NCBI RefSeq assembly: GCF_009914755.1
Contig: NC_060926.1
Length of the DNA stretch: 64,000 nt
Source: the human T2T-CHM13v2.0 reference genome, Homo sapiens
Reading direction: 5' to 3' (one strand)
Below, piece by piece: positions 14,397-29,212 of the stretch (the first letter of the stretch is position 1; every line of letters begins with the position of its first letter). The notes under the pieces were generated by a model. It did not search any database, was not told the DNA's origin, and saw nothing but the letters and a program-made list of their open reading frames with translations. The position numbers were made by a program, and so were the translations under genes.

Positions 14397-16790
14397 ATGG
14401 CTTTTGTCTTTTTAGTTTTAACCTATCTGATTATGTATATTTAAAGTGGTTTGCTGTAGACAAAAATAGTTAGTCTGGCTTTTTTAACTCACTCTGACAA
14501 TTGTCACCTTTTAATTGGTATAATTAGGCCCTTCAGTTTTAAAGTGATTATTGGTATAGTTGGAGTAATATCTACCATGTTTTTAATGTTTTGTATTTGT
14601 TGTATTTTTTCTTTGTTTCTCTCCTCCCCATTTTTTCTGCCTTCTGTGGTTTTAATTGAGCAATTAAATGATTCAATTTTATCTTCTCTTTCAGGGCATC
14701 AATTATACTTCTTAATACTCTTTAGTGGTTGATTTAGAGTTTACAATGTACATTTTTACTAATCTAAGTCCACCATGATACAACACTATAATAGTTCATA
14801 TGTAGTGTGGATACCTTGCAAGAGAGTATTCCTAATTATACCCCCCCCCCATTTCTTCTTAAATTGCTGTGATTCATTTCATTTATACATATGATATAAT
14901 CAGCCACTTCATTTTCAGTATTATTGTTCAAAACAAAGTTAATTTTTGGATCAATTAAGATTCTAAAAAAATAAAATATACCACTTAACCTTCATTTATT
15001 CCTTCTACAACACTTCTTACATCATTTTCTTCCTGAAAAGCTTCTTTTAATAGTTTTTGCAGGGCACATTTGTTGGTGATGAATTTGGCAGTTTTTGCTT
15101 GTCTGAGAAAGTCTATTTCTGTTTCACTTTTGAGAAATAATTTCACTGGTTATAGAATTCTAGGTTGTTGTTTTTTCTTTCAATATTTCATTTTATTCTC
15201 TTCTTTCTTGCATGATTTCTGATGAGAAGTCTATTGTAATTCTTATCCTTACTTCTCCATAGGTAACACTTTTTTTTTTTCCTTTAAAACATATAAATTC
15301 AAGACTTTTCTCTTGGGTTTTCTGCTGTTTGATTCTGATATGCTTATGTGTTTGTTGTTGCTGTGTTCTTATTTATTTTGTTTGGTTTTCTCTAAACTTC
15401 CTGGATCTATGGTTTGGTACCTGTTACTAATTTGGGGAAGTCCGCAGCCATTGTTACTTCATCTATTTCTTCTACTCCACTTCTCTCTCTCTCCAGCTTT
15501 TGATATTCTAAATATACATATGTTACACCCTTTGATATTATTTCAAGTTATTAGATGTTTTGTTCTGCTTATTTGCTTCTTTCCTTCATTTTCTCCTTCC
15601 TTCCTTCCTTTTTAGTTTTTCTTTGCATTTCAGTTTGTTCAGATTCTATTGGCACATGGTCAATGGATAAGTCTGTTGAAGACATTTTTCATTTAAGGTA
15701 TATTTAATTTCTAATATTTTATTTTTATTTATTCTTAGCATTCCTGTCTCTTTGTTTATATAACTTGTGTATTCTTGCATTGTGTCTACTTTTTCCTTTA
15801 GAAAACTTAACATATTAATCATAGTTACATTAAATTTTCTCTTTGATAATTCCAACATTTGTGTAATGTCTGAGCCTTGTTATGATGTTTAATTTTTTTC
15901 TTCAGACTGTTTTTTCCTTAACTGTTAGTGTGCTTTTTCTTAAAAGCTGGAAATGTATCAGGTAGTAGGAACTGAGATAAATAGACCTTCAGTCTTTGAT
16001 AAAGATTAAACATTAGCCGCTTAATGTCTCTATCTCTCAGTGCTATGACTGTAATAATTGTTTCTTCTGTGATATAGAATTTTTTTCTTTCTCCCCCAGG
16101 CCTTTATTCCATTTTTGGCTACAGAGTTTCCTGTCAGTTTTCTTGAAGCCCTGAGCTCTGTTGACAATGTTGCCCACACTTCCCCAACTTGGGTGAGACA
16201 GAAAGGCTATGGGGTCTGGACTGGTAATAAATTCCTTCCCCTGGCTGGAACAAAGTAATTGAATTGAGCTATGGAAAACCTTTACCTCTTGGAACCAGGC
16301 CTTTATTAATAGAGAAGGCTATTGGCTTATTTCACATTAGTTACTACTCCCATTCACATGCCAAGGACATGAGAGACTCTTTCTCAGATCATCATCATGA
16401 GAATGTGGTAGGGCTTATGAAAGGAATGCCCACAAAATTGTTTGGGGGTGTCCCTCTAAGATTGCAGCCATCAAGAGTTTCTGTATATTACACAGAAATT
16501 TCTGTATATTGGGCCACGGTCAGCCTATAGCATTTCACCAAAGTTAACATTTAAGAGTTCCTACCAGTTCATGACTCCAGCAGCTTCTGCTCCAGATGAA
16601 CAGTTCTTAGTTTCTGTATCTCTCTGAATGTGATTGTTTCTCTGGATTTTAAGATGGTATTTTACCCCATGATCTCTGTTCTCCAATAATACTAAGACAA
16701 ATAATTGATTTTCAGGTTTCATAGATTTTCTTTTATTAGGACAGATGTGTGGACTCTCAAGCTTCGTATGTGTCAGAGCTGAAACCAGAG
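14397..16790 (-). mobile_element. Old L1 (L1MD/L1MC-type) 5' portion: 5'UTR and ORF1 region
   Basis: T-rich + strand with ORF1-type remnants (reverse ORF MLELSKRKFNVTMINML...KEKVDTMQE); reverse 5' end ctctggtttcagctctgacacatacgaagcttgagagtc; gtcttta on both flanks. Confidence 0.8.
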
Positions 16791-18239
16791 GTCTTTATAA
16801 GCTTCCTACTCTCTCTCACTTTGTACTCTTCTACCAGTGTTTCCTGAAATCTCAAAGCACTCATGTGTTTAAAATAAGCCACTTAAGGTATTTGTCTCAG
16901 TGTGTATTTCTGACAGGACCACCAGTGAGACAACTTACTATGTAAACCATCCTGCCTTACCCAAGACTACTGTGAAAACTGAGCTAGTAATACATACGCA
17001 GCAGATCATTATATGCCTTTTTTCTACCTTTCAGAGAAAATGGCCAATGCCTATACATATAAGAGATTTCTAAGTTGAAATAAGTACCCTCAATTACTAT
17101 CACTTATAATCTACAGTGAGACTCTTTGCAGAATCTACTTATATAAAATTTTCATATTAAAAAATTATATGTATGGATTTTATATATATGCACTAGAATA
17201 CAACATACCTCAGCTAGTATTTAGTTTTAGAAAACCTGATGTACATGTTCTTGTTTGCCTTAAGAGATTAAATTCCCCCGACAGCCCTGATTATGCACAG
17301 AGAGACTGCAGGGTGATGTTAAGTTTCAGTCAACTATTAAAATATACTATCCTTCAGATTTTTCCAAACATGAAGGTGACTAATCTAACTCGGTGTTTTG
17401 ATGACTTGTCCAATTGTACTAATTACTAGTTTAAATTACCCAGAGAGTCTAATAAGTACTGGTCACAGGCTACTTCTTCCATTAGAGTCCAGCGATGAAA
17501 AATAAAACAGATGCCCCAATGAGGCATTGTCTTGATGATAAGTATAGCTAAGTAGAATGGCCAAACCTTTACTGTGACAGCTGAGGCTTATGGGAACTAT
17601 CCTTCTTGTACATGAACAGATTCTAAGGTTAGAAACCATGCTGTTGGTCCAATAGTTTTTATCAGCTAAATAATCACAGAAGAGAAATAGTTAAAACCTA
17701 TGAATGTACCTCTTTCCTTGAAACTAATTCTTAAAGGAGATATCACTTTTCAGAAAGAATTTTTCTTGTTCCAGTTCTCAGAAATGTGAACATTAACGTA
17801 TCTTTCTTTATTACTGTTGAGTTGTACTCAATTTAGCTCGCCAGAGGAATCTATAGAGATATGATATTCAATACACAGCCTTTTTAGTATTCAGTCTCTG
17901 CCTTTACCTTTGATGATGGTGTAGATGAGTTTGCATTTCTGTGGAATCTTTTTTAAAGACCTTACATCTAAATGCGTGTTTTTAGTAAAATTCTGTTCAG
18001 TATATCTGTGACTTTTGATAAAATTGTGACTTTCTAACTCAATTGTTATTTGTCCCTTTTATATTCTTCAAAATCATCTTATGATCCATTCTTCAGCCTT
18101 TGAGATAATAGAACCTGACCTTTCAGAGCAGAATGACATTTATAATGAGACAACAGCAAAGCTTTTTATCACCCAGAAACAGTCGCCCTCTTGCCAAACA
18201 GGGAAAAGATTTCAACAAGATAAAGACTAGCATTAGTAC

Positions 18240-18990
18240 TGCCAGGATGTATTTCTACAACAACACTTCAGACACCACATACGTGGGTATTTTTTCCTCA
18301 CACTAATTAATCCTCCAAATCTCTGGACACCAACTGGGTTAATGTCAGACTCCACAGGTTAAAGTCTGAGTCCCATAAGACTGTTCCCATTTTCAATGTC
18401 AGTCTCAAGTCCAGATCACCTGTACTTCTGACCATTGGCTCTAAATTGGGAGTTTCTAAGACCCCCTCCTCAGGTTTGGTAATTTTCAAAAATGACTCAG
18501 AGAACTCAGGCAAATAATTTATTCATTATTACTAGTTCATTGCAAAGGATAAAACTCAGGAACAGCCAGATTGGAGAGATGCACAGGGCAAAGTATGGGG
18601 AAGGGTTGTGGAGCTTCCTTGCCCTCTGTAGGTGCACCACATTTCCAGCACCTCTGTTTTCCATAGTTTAGGGATTTTTTAATGGAGGTTTCAATGTGTG
18701 GACATTAATTATAACGTCATTAGCCATTGATGATTGACTCAATCTTCAGCCCTTCTCTCCCTGTTAGAGGTTTGGGAGTGAGATCGAAAGTTCCAACCTT
18801 CTAATCATGTCTTGGACTTTCTAGTGACCAACTCCCATCCTGAAGCTATTCAGGAGCACCCAGCCACCAATCATCTCATTAGCATAAAAAAGGCACTAAT
18901 CACTTGGGAGAATCCAAACATTTTTAGCAGCTCTGTGCCAGGAACAAGGGATAAAGCCCAATTATGTACTTCTTATATCACAATATGATA
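18240..18990 (-). mobile_element. MER21-type LTR
   Basis: cacttcagacacca...ctggacaccaactggg...cccataagactgttccc...acttctgaccattggct...gagatgcacagggcaaagtatgggg...ctgtgccaggaacaaggg. Confidence 0.82.
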
Positions 18991-19561
18991 ACCACTTTTT
19001 CCACATGCTTATGTTGTACTCTGTCTCTCCCTCATTGTTAATATAGCTATGAGACTCCAATGCCCAAAGGTATTCTATCACTGTTTCTTCCTGAATAAAT
19101 TTTCTGTTTATATTAAAAGGAAAGATATAAGAGGGAAATAAAACAAAGATTAAAAAGTATTTCTCTTCTAGAAAAATGATAACAGAAGTAGAGAAAATAG
19201 CATTTTTAACAGAGATCTGCAAGAAGTGAACAAGTGTGTTATGGAAACATCTGTTATAAGAACATTCTAGGAAGAATAAATAACAAGTCCAAGTGTCAAA
19301 GTGGGCATATAGTTATGAAAGCTTCAGAAACTTTAAGACAATCAGGGTGGTTAAGTGAGGTAGAGAGCATGATAGAAGATGATGACACAGCTGTAGCTAG
19401 GAACCAGGTAGCATAAAACCTGTAAAGACTTTGTAAGGGTATTTATGCTAATAATTGTGAGGAATTATTGGAACAATTTTAACTGAGGAATGATAACATC
19501 TTAAATTCTAGAAAACATAGCTTCACAGCAAGATATTCATAGAAAATAACAAAAACCTTAT

Positions 19562-20004
19562 AATCTTAGCCCAGTGCTTCTTGAAAGTAAAGCCTAGGAC
19601 AAAGGCTTGTGTGTAGATAATTTATTTGAGAAGTGATCCCAGAAAGCAGAAATGGAGTTCTAGAAAAGTAGAAAAGGTAAAAAAGGAAAACAAATATACT
19701 GCTATATTGTTTGCCACTATTACAACTAACTGGTGCTCCATCTCACTGTGACCCTCTTTAAAATCTTAGAAATGTATCTTCAAAATGCCTGCCTGTGAAA
19801 TAAAAGAGAAAATAATTTACACTTGAGCCCTCACCAGCCACAGTGGTCAAGGGTGGACCCATGTGGTATTAATTTCTCAGAATTTTGGGTTGTTAATTTA
19901 TCAGTATGGAGCGGGATTTTGCAAGCTCCCATACCATGAGTTATAGTAGCCCCTGGACAGGAAGTGAAAGATGCTTCAGCATAGGCTGAGGCATAACGCA
20001 GTCA
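19562..20004 (-). mobile_element. LTR33/LTR16-like ERVL LTR fragment interrupted by an L1
   Basis: cttagcccagtgcttcttgaaagtaaagcctaggacaaaggcttgtgtgtagataatttatttgagaagtgatcccagaaagcag resembles the reverse of an ERVL LTR 3' end. Confidence 0.6.
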
Positions 20005-21025
20005 GAAAGGTGACAAAAGCAAACTTTGGGGAAATGACAGTCTCTTAAGTAAGTGCTGCTGGGAAAAATGGATATCTATATGGAAGAATGGAAAGAGACT
20101 GCTAATAATGCAGAAGAATGGAACTAGGCTGCTAGTATTATATGAAAAAATGCTCAATGCCACTAAACATCAGAGAACTGTAAATCAAAACCACAAGGAG
20201 ATACCATCTTTCCCCAGTTAAAATGGATTCCATCCAAAAGATAGGCAATAATGAATATTGGCAAGGATGTAGAGAAAGGGGAATCCTCATATACCATAGG
20301 TAGGAATGTAAATTAGTACAGTCACTATGGAGGATAGTATTGAAGTGCTTCATAAAGCTAAAAATAGAACTACCATATGATTCAGCAATCCCAGTGCTAG
20401 GAAATTAGTATATTGAGGAGATATCTGCACTCCTATGCTTATTGCATCACTATTCACAATAGCAAAGGTTTGGAATCAACTTAAGTGTCCATCAACAGAT
20501 GAATGGATAAAGAAAATGGGGTTCATATGCACAATGGAATATTTTTCAGCCATAAAAGGAAATGAAATCCTGTCATTTGAGACATCATGGATGTAACTGG
20601 AGGTCATTATGTTAAGTGAAATACGGGAGGCACGGAAAGAGAAATTGTGTATGTTCTCACTCATATGTAGAACCTAAAAATTAAAACAATTGAACTCATG
20701 AAGATAGAGTAGAATGATGGTTACCAGCAGCAGGGAAGGGTAGTAGGGAGTGGGGGTAAAAAGTGAGGATGGTTAATGGGTGCAAAAATGTAATTAAAAT
20801 GAATAAGATCTAACATTTGATAGCACAACAGGATGACTACAGCCAGCAATAATTTACTGTATGTTTTAAAATAATTAAAAGAGTGGAATTAGAAGGTTCC
20901 TAACACAAAGAAATGATGAATGCTTGAGGTGATGGATACTCCAATGACCCTGATGTGTTTGTTAGACATTATATGCCTATATCAAAACATCATGTGTACC
21001 CATAATAATTAAAAATTAATTTAAA
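20005..21025 (+). mobile_element. 5'-truncated L1MA (L1MA3-5-like) 3' end with TSD
   Basis: ORF2 C-terminal and 3'UTR motifs (ctaccatatgattcagcaatccc, tgtccatcaacagatgaatggataaag, gatagcacaacaggatgactac); TSD aacgcagtca 19995-20004 / aatgcagtca 21026-21035. Confidence 0.92.
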
Positions 21026-22780
21026 AATGCAGTCAAGTAGTACTACATGAAGCTGCTGGAAACTGGCTGACTCAATCAGTTAAGCAACGAGTAGAATAAA
21101 AGATATGTACTATTGCATAGGAAGTATAGATTATGGATTTCCAGATGAATTTATTCTGTCTGGAAATATTCTTCCAGAAGAGAACAATTTTCCCCTCTCT
21201 CCCTTGATGAATCTTTTTTGTATAATCAGAATTTAGCAAATGATGTTTTTCTCTTTCTTTCTTTTTTTTTTAACTTTCTCTCTTAAGAACTTATAATGAA
21301 ATTTACACTACATATAAATTTCATTTCAAAATGATAAAAGCAAAGATGCTTTTTATCCTTGAAGGAGCAGTAGGGAAGAGAGAGAGAGTGATTTTCCAAA
21401 GCATTTTAAATGTTAATTAGATACAAATGTTATTTTTCAACATTTAAAATAATTATATATTAACAGTTCCCAATCTATTTATATCTTTGCAATTTTAACT
21501 TATTTAAATGGGATATTTCTAGTAGAAATGCAAGGATGTATGTGATTACAACTACTATTCATCAATGGTAATTTGTACATTAGCTTGGTATGAGCTACAA
21601 AGGTGTCCCTGAAATGACTGGGTACCACACTCCCAACCATGAGCGGTTATTTTAATAATATATGAATCTAGTACTTCTAATTTCTGTTCTGTTTGCTTTT
21701 TTACACATTTTCTTTTATAAAATTTATTTTTAATTGGCAGCTTTTATGTATTTACCATGAACAATATGTTGTTTTGAAACATGTATGTATTGTAGAATGT
21801 CTCAATCAAGCTAATTAATATATGCATTACCTCATATACTTTTAATTTGTTTGTGGAGAGAGCACGTAAAATCTACCCTCTTAGCAGTTTTTGAGAATGC
21901 AATACATTGTTATTAAGTATAGTCACCATATTGTGAAACTAGATCTATTGAACTTATTCTTCCTAACTGAAATTTTGTATTATTTGACGAACATCTCTCC
22001 ATACCCTCAACCCCTACCCCTATACCCTGGGAACCACCATTCTCTTTCTGCTTCTGAGTTCAATGTTTTTAGGTTCCACGTATACGTGACATAATGTGGT
22101 ATTTGTCTTTTTGTACCTGACTTATTTCACTTAACGTAATGTCCTCCAGGTTTATTTATGTTGTCATAAATGACAGGACTTTCTTCTCTTTAAAGAGTGA
22201 TAGCATTCCACTGCGCATATATACACAACACATTGTCTTTATCTCTTCATGCATCTATGGAGGTTTAGGCTGATTCCATACCTTTGCTACTGTGAATAAT
22301 GCCACAATAAATATTGAAGTACAGATATTTCTTCAACATACCAATTTCATTTCTTTTGGATATATTCCTAGCAGTGGGATTGCTGGATCATATGGTAGTT
22401 CTATTTTTTAATGTTTGAGGAATCTCCATATTGTTTTGCATAATGGCTTGCTAATTTACATACCCACCAACAGAACACAAGGGCTCCATTTCTCTACATA
22501 CTTGTCAACACTTGCTATCTTTTGTGTTTTGCTAACAGACATCCTAACAGGTTTGAGGTGGTATCTCATCGTGGTTTTACTTTGCATTTCTCTGATGATT
22601 AGTGATACTGAGCATTTTGTTTCATATATCTTTGGGGCATTCGTATGTCTTCTTCTGAAAAATGTCTATTCAGGTCCTTTGCCCATTTTTAATCAGGTTA
22701 TTTGTTTTCTTAGTCTTTAGTCATTTGAATTTCTTATCAATTTTGGTTATTAAACCTTATCAAATTTATGATTGAAAATA

Positions 22781-22887
22781 CAGTAGTCACCTGCTTATCT
22801 GTGGAGGATATTTTCCAAGATCTACAGTGGATGCTTGAAATCACAAATAGTACTGATAATATACTGAATATAAAAGTTATGTGAATG

Positions 22888-22932
<45 letters not shown>

Positions 22933-23031
22933 AGAATATCCGATTGTACTGCATTCACCTATTTTTTGGATGGTTGACCATCAGTAACTGAAACTACTGA
23001 AAGCAAAACTATGGATAAAAGGGGGCTACTG
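22781..23031. mobile_element. MER44 (Tigger7-derived MITE) with internal (TC)n
   Basis: TIRs cagtagtcacctgcttatc / gataaaagggggctactg, TA on both sides; (TC)n at 22891-22932. Confidence 0.88.
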
Positions 23032-24794
23032 TATTTTTCCTGTCCTGTTGGTTGTCTCTTCATCCTATTAATTGTTTCCTTGACTGTGCAGAGCTTTATA
23101 CTTTGAGGTTATCTCATTTGACTATGCTTTTTTTTTTTTTTTTTTGGCCTGTGCTTTTGGAGTCACTGCCAAAAATATATTGCCAGACTAATGTCATAGA
23201 GATCTCCCACCGGCTTTTTTTGTTTTTAGCAGTTTTACAGTGTCAGGGCTTATGCTTAAGTCTTTTATCAATTTTGAGTTGGTTTTTGTATATGATGTGA
23301 AACAAAAGTCAAATTTTATTCTGCATGTGGATATTTAGTTGTCCCAATATCATTTATTGAACAGACTATCCTTTCCCCATTGTGTGTACTTGGCAGCTTT
23401 GCCAAAAATGCATTGACTGTAAATGTGTATATTTATTTCTGAACTCTCCATTCTGATCCATTGGTCTATGTGTCTTTTATAATGTTAACAACATGTTGGT
23501 TGCTATATCTTTGTGGCATATTTTGAAATTAATTAGTGTGATGCCTCCATCTTTGTTCTCTCTATTCAAGGTTGCTTTGACTATTTGGACTCTTTTTTGG
23601 TTTCATATAAATTTAGGATTTTTTTTCTATTTCTGTGAAAAATGTCATTGGAATTGTATAATAGAGGTGCCATTTAATCTGTAGATCACTTTGCCTAGGA
23701 TGAATATTTTAAAGTATTAATCCTTCCAATCCATGAACACAGAATATCTTTCCATTTATTTATGTCATTCAATTTCTTTCATCAGTGCTTTAAAGAGTGT
23801 ACAGGTTATTCACATCCTTGGTTAAATTTATGCCCATTATTTTTGTACTTATTTTAAATGAAATTGTTTTCTTACTTTCTGTGTTGGATTGTTCATTATT
23901 ATTTTATAGAAACATTAGTGATTTTTTATATGTTGATTGCATATACTACAACTTTAGTGAATTTATGTATTAGTTCTAACAGAACTTTGGTGGAATCTTT
24001 AGGGTTATCTCTATATAAGATTATTTTATTTGAAAACAAGGAACTTTGACTTCATCTCTTGCCTAATTGTATGGATAGGACTTCCAATACTATGTTGAAC
24101 AGATGTGGTAGGAATCAGCATTCATGTCTTTTTTTCTGATATCAGAGGAAAAGCTTTGAACTTTTTACCATTGAGTATGATGTTAGCTTTGAGTTTGTCA
24201 TACATGGCCTTCATTGTGTTAATGCATATTCCTTCTATATCTAATTTTTGAGAGCATTTATCATGAGAGGATGTTGAGTTTAGTTAAATTTTTTTTCTGC
24301 ATCTATTGAAATGATCATACGGTTTTTGACCTTCTTTCTATTAATATGGTGTGTCATATTTATAGATTTTTGTATGCTGAACCATTCTTGCATCCCCAAT
24401 ATAAATCTCAACTGATCTTGGTAAATAATGATTTTAATGTGCTGTTGAATTTTGTTTGCTAGTACTTTATGCTGAGGATTTTTCCACCAAAAAAATTGAT
24501 ATTACAGGGATAGTAACCTTAATTTTGTTTCTTTTTTTTTTTTTGGCAGTATCCTTGTCTGATTTTCATATCAGAGTAAAGCTGGCCTCATAAAATGAGT
24601 TTGAAGTATTTCCTCTTCTTCAACTTTTTGGGAGAGTTTGAGAAGGATTGGTATTAGCCTTAAATGTTTGGTAGAATTCAGCAGTAAAGCCATCAGGTCC
24701 TGGGCTTTTCTTTGATGGGAGACTTCTTATTTAATCCTTGTTAGTAACGATTTGATCTTCCTACTCATTATTGGCCTGTTCAGAGTTTCTATTA

Positions 24795-26263
24795 CAGGTG
24801 GAGTGTCCCTAATACAAAAATCTGAAATCTGAAATGCTCCAAAATCTGAAAATTTTTAGAGCTGATATGATGCCACAAGTGGAAAATTCTATACCTGACC
24901 TCATGTGATGGATCACAGTCAAAATACAGGCACACTACACAATTTATTCAACATCCCCCAGGAAAAAACATCCAGCTTCTTGCAGCTGTGAAATAACTTT
25001 TCCACACTTGCTCAGATTCCCCCATGCAAGTATTCCCACATAGGGTAATAAAATGATACGCATGCAGGCCAGATAATGCCAACAACAAGTTCCCTGTGAT
25101 GCCTCATATAGGGTAAAGTTCGATGTGCATTACCCACTGTATTTTTGCTTATTCACTACCCTGTGGTGTAAAAATATTGCTGAAAATGTCAAAAGGACCT
25201 ACAGATTTTTCTATAGTTAACAGTTGTAAGAATAAAAGCATTCATGTTCATCTGTAGCACAAAAAGTCAAACTGAACAATAATGTGTGTAATGTCTTACA
25301 GAAGAGTATGATGTTGGAATGACCTCTTTATAAAACCTGAAGAAAGAGAAGGATAAACTGTTGAAGTGCTATAATGAAAGTGATCAACAGAAGTTAATGA
25401 TAAATAGTAAAACACTTTATAAAGCTAAAATGAAGATCTTGATTGTGTTTTGAAAGAGTGAATCTGTCAGCACTGAAGTAAACATATGCTACTTAATGGT
25501 ATGCTGATCATGAAACAAGCAAAGATCTATCACAATGAACTATAAATTGAATAGAAATGTGAATATTCAACAGAATGGTTGCAGCAATTTAAGAAAAGAC
25601 ACGACATTAATTTAAAAAAATTGTGTTGATAACATATTTACTTGTCACAAAGGAGTAGAAAATTCATCAATGTATTTCCCAAAGTTATCACTGATGAAGA
25701 TCTGATGCCAAGTCTACAGACTGTAATAAACCAAATCTATAACGCTGATTAAACATCACTGTCTTGGTGTTATTGCTCTGGAAAGACACTGACTACAACC
25801 AATAAGACAGCCCCTATAGAAATTAAGGATGCCATGGGTAGAATGACTGTGCTGGGATATGCTAATGCAGTAGGCATGCATAAGTGTAAACTTGCTGTCA
25901 TAGTCAAAAGTTGTGTCCTCAGTGTTTTCGGGGAGTGAATATCCTACCAGTACATTATTGCCTTAACAAAAAAGGCATAAATCACCAAGGACATCTTTTC
26001 CCATTGGTTTCACAAACCTTTGTTTTCAATGGCTTGCGCTTACTGCTGGAAAGATGGACTTGATGAAAACAGCCAGATTTTGTTATTTCTTGAAAATTTT
26101 TCTTCTCCTCCTCCAGCTATAATTCTCATCAAACATAACTTTTATAGCATGTACTGTCCCCCAAATGTGACTTCATGAATTCAGCCCTGTGACCAGGGTA
26201 TTCTTAGATCAATGAAGAGTATATATAGAGAAAGTATATATATACTGTAATGTACACATACAC

Positions 26264-26294
<31 letters not shown>

Positions 26295-27567
26295 TATAAA
26301 GCACTTTCTTGAACAACACACTAACAGCAGCGAATGAATATGTGGGTGGGTGTGGAAGGTTTTCAGGAGGAGTGTATCATGATGGACGCCATATATTCTG
26401 TTTTCAGTGAGTTGGAACACAGTAACTAAAGACACAGTTGTTCATGTCAGGCACAATCCCTGTCATGTGAATATGTTCATTAATGAAAACAACCCAGGTG
26501 TTCACTTTGAAGGACTCTATGTCAGGAGATAATAAAATAATGTATGACTTCCTTCAATCCTCAGAAACAGACCTCCAGAGTCCATCAGTAAGGAGAAACA
26601 AATGACTATCAAATAACTTTTTAATGTCAATAATGAGACTCCAGTTATTCATTTACTGATAAATGGAGAAATAGCCAAAACGATTCTGAAGCAAGGTGAT
26701 AATAATAATAGTAACAATCAAAATGCTGTTGTTAATAGTGCAGAACAAGCTCCTATAGACAACATAGTAAATATGTGTGATGGGCTTTTTTCAAGGACTA
26801 GAGCAGCATGTATTGTAAGCCATGATATAAAGAACCATAAAGCATATCAGTTTACAAAATCAAAGACAGATTTCTAAAACACATATTGTTAATGAAACAA
26901 ATGATTCTGGAGGAAACATTTTAAAAAGCCATCTTTCCAAATTTCTTCTCATTTCTAGAGGAACCACTTTCTCTTCCCTCAACTGTTTCCAATGTTTCTT
27001 TTTATCTAAAAAAAAAAATGATGTACAGTAATCTCTTAAGGAAAACAAAGCGTCATAGGTAGAGAGTGAAAGTCTGCTGTTTTTTAGTGTTGTTGTTATT
27101 CAACCATTTACACAAGTATTCTGGGGTTGCTACTGTGTTGCTTAGTTACCCTGAACACATTATTTTTTCACTTTATAATAGCATGTCATATGTTTTACTG
27201 TTAAGTAAGTATGTGTAAGTATAAGAAAATGATTGTTTATCAGTTGCGTATAAATTCAGAATCAGGAATGATGGTGATACCAAACAACCACAGATCGTAC
27301 AGAAGTGGCTGAGATAGTGACACCTTTGCTTTCTGTTGGTTCAGTATATTCAAACTTTGTTGCATGCATATAATTGAAAATATTATATAAAATCACCTTC
27401 AGGCCATGTTAAGGAATATATGAAGAACCCAGTGAATTTTGTATTTAGATTTGGGTCCCATCCCCAAGATATCTCATTATGTACATGCACATATTCCAAA
27501 ATCTGAAAAAATTTTAAGTCCAAAACACTCTAGTCTCAAGCATATCAGATAAGGGATACTCAACCAG
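24795..27567 (+). mobile_element. Near full-length Tigger4 (Zombi) DNA transposon with dead transposase
   Basis: TIRs caggtggagtgtccctaat / gataagggatactcaaccag, TA TSDs at 24793-24794 and 27568-27569, 2773 bp; internal CENP-B-type HTH remnant (...LNGMLIMKQAKIYHNEL*IE*KCEYSTEWLQQFKKRH) with stops and frameshifts. Confidence 0.93.
26217..26297. repeat. Compound (TA)n/(CA)n microsatellite inside Tigger4
   Basis: atatatagagaaagtatatatatac...tatatatatacacacacacacacacacacatata. Confidence 0.85.
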
Positions 27568-28861
27568 TACTTCATGATTCAGTCTTGGTAGATTATGTAT
27601 GTTTATTGTTTTTCTAGTCTCTCTCTCATTTGATTTTGTTCTGGTCTTTACTATTTCGTTCCTTCTGCTAACTTTGAGCTTGATCTTCTTTTTCTAGTTC
27701 TGGGAAGTGTAATATTATGTTGTTTATTTGACATCTTTCTTTTTTTTGATGTAGGCATTTATTGCTACCAACTTTCCTCTTTGGATTGCTTTCGTTGCAT
27801 TCCTTAAGTTTTGGTTTTATTTTCCATTGTCTTTCATTTTCATTTGTTTGAAGATAATTTAAATTTTTCCTTTTAATTTCTTCAGTGACTGATTGGTTGT
27901 TCAGAAGCATGTTGTTTAATTTCCATGTATTTCATACTTTCCAAAATATCTCTTGTTATTGATTCCTTGTTTTATACCATTGTGATCAGAAATAAAGATT
28001 GATATAATTTTAATTTTCTTAAATTTATTAAAACTTGTTTTGTTGCCTAACATATAGGCTATCCAGGAGAATGTCCCATGTACACTTGAGAAGAAAGTAT
28101 TTCCTGTTACTGTGGAATATAATACTCCGTACATGTTGGTTAGGTCCATTTGGTCTAAGATGTAGTTTAAGTCCCATGTTTCCTTATTGATTTTCTGTCT
28201 GAATGAACTGTCCATTGCTGGAAATGGAGCAATGAATTTCTCTAATATTATTATATTATAGTCTATCTCTCCCCTCAGATATTTAATATTAGTTTTATGT
28301 ATTTACACACTACAATATTTATATGTTTATATTGTTATAGCCTCTACTAAGTTGACCCATTTAACACTATATAATGACCTTTTAATCTTTTTTTCAGTTT
28401 TTGACTTAAAGCCTGTCTTATCTAAGTATAGCTACTTATTTTGGTTTTCATTTGCATGTACATCTTTTTTCATTTATTTACTTTCAGCCTCTATGTGTCT
28501 TTACATGTGAAATGAATCTCTTAAAGGAAGCACATAGTTGGGTCTTGTTTATTTAATGTATTCAGCCACTCTATATTTTTGATTGGACAAATTAATTAAT
28601 TTATATTCAAGGTAATTATTGATAGGTAAGAACTTATTGCTGTCTTCCTGTTAATTGTTTTCTGGTTATTTTGTAGATCTTTTGTTTCTTTCTTCTACTC
28701 TCGATGCCTTCCCTTCCATTGTGATGAAGTACTATTTTCTTTAGTGATAGACTTTTATTCCTACTTTTTTATCTTTGGTATATCTATTATGCATTTTTGC
28801 TTTGTGGTTACTGTAAAACTTAAAATATATATATTTTTTATAGTTGTAAGAGGCTGCATTA

Positions 28862-29212
<351 letters not shown>

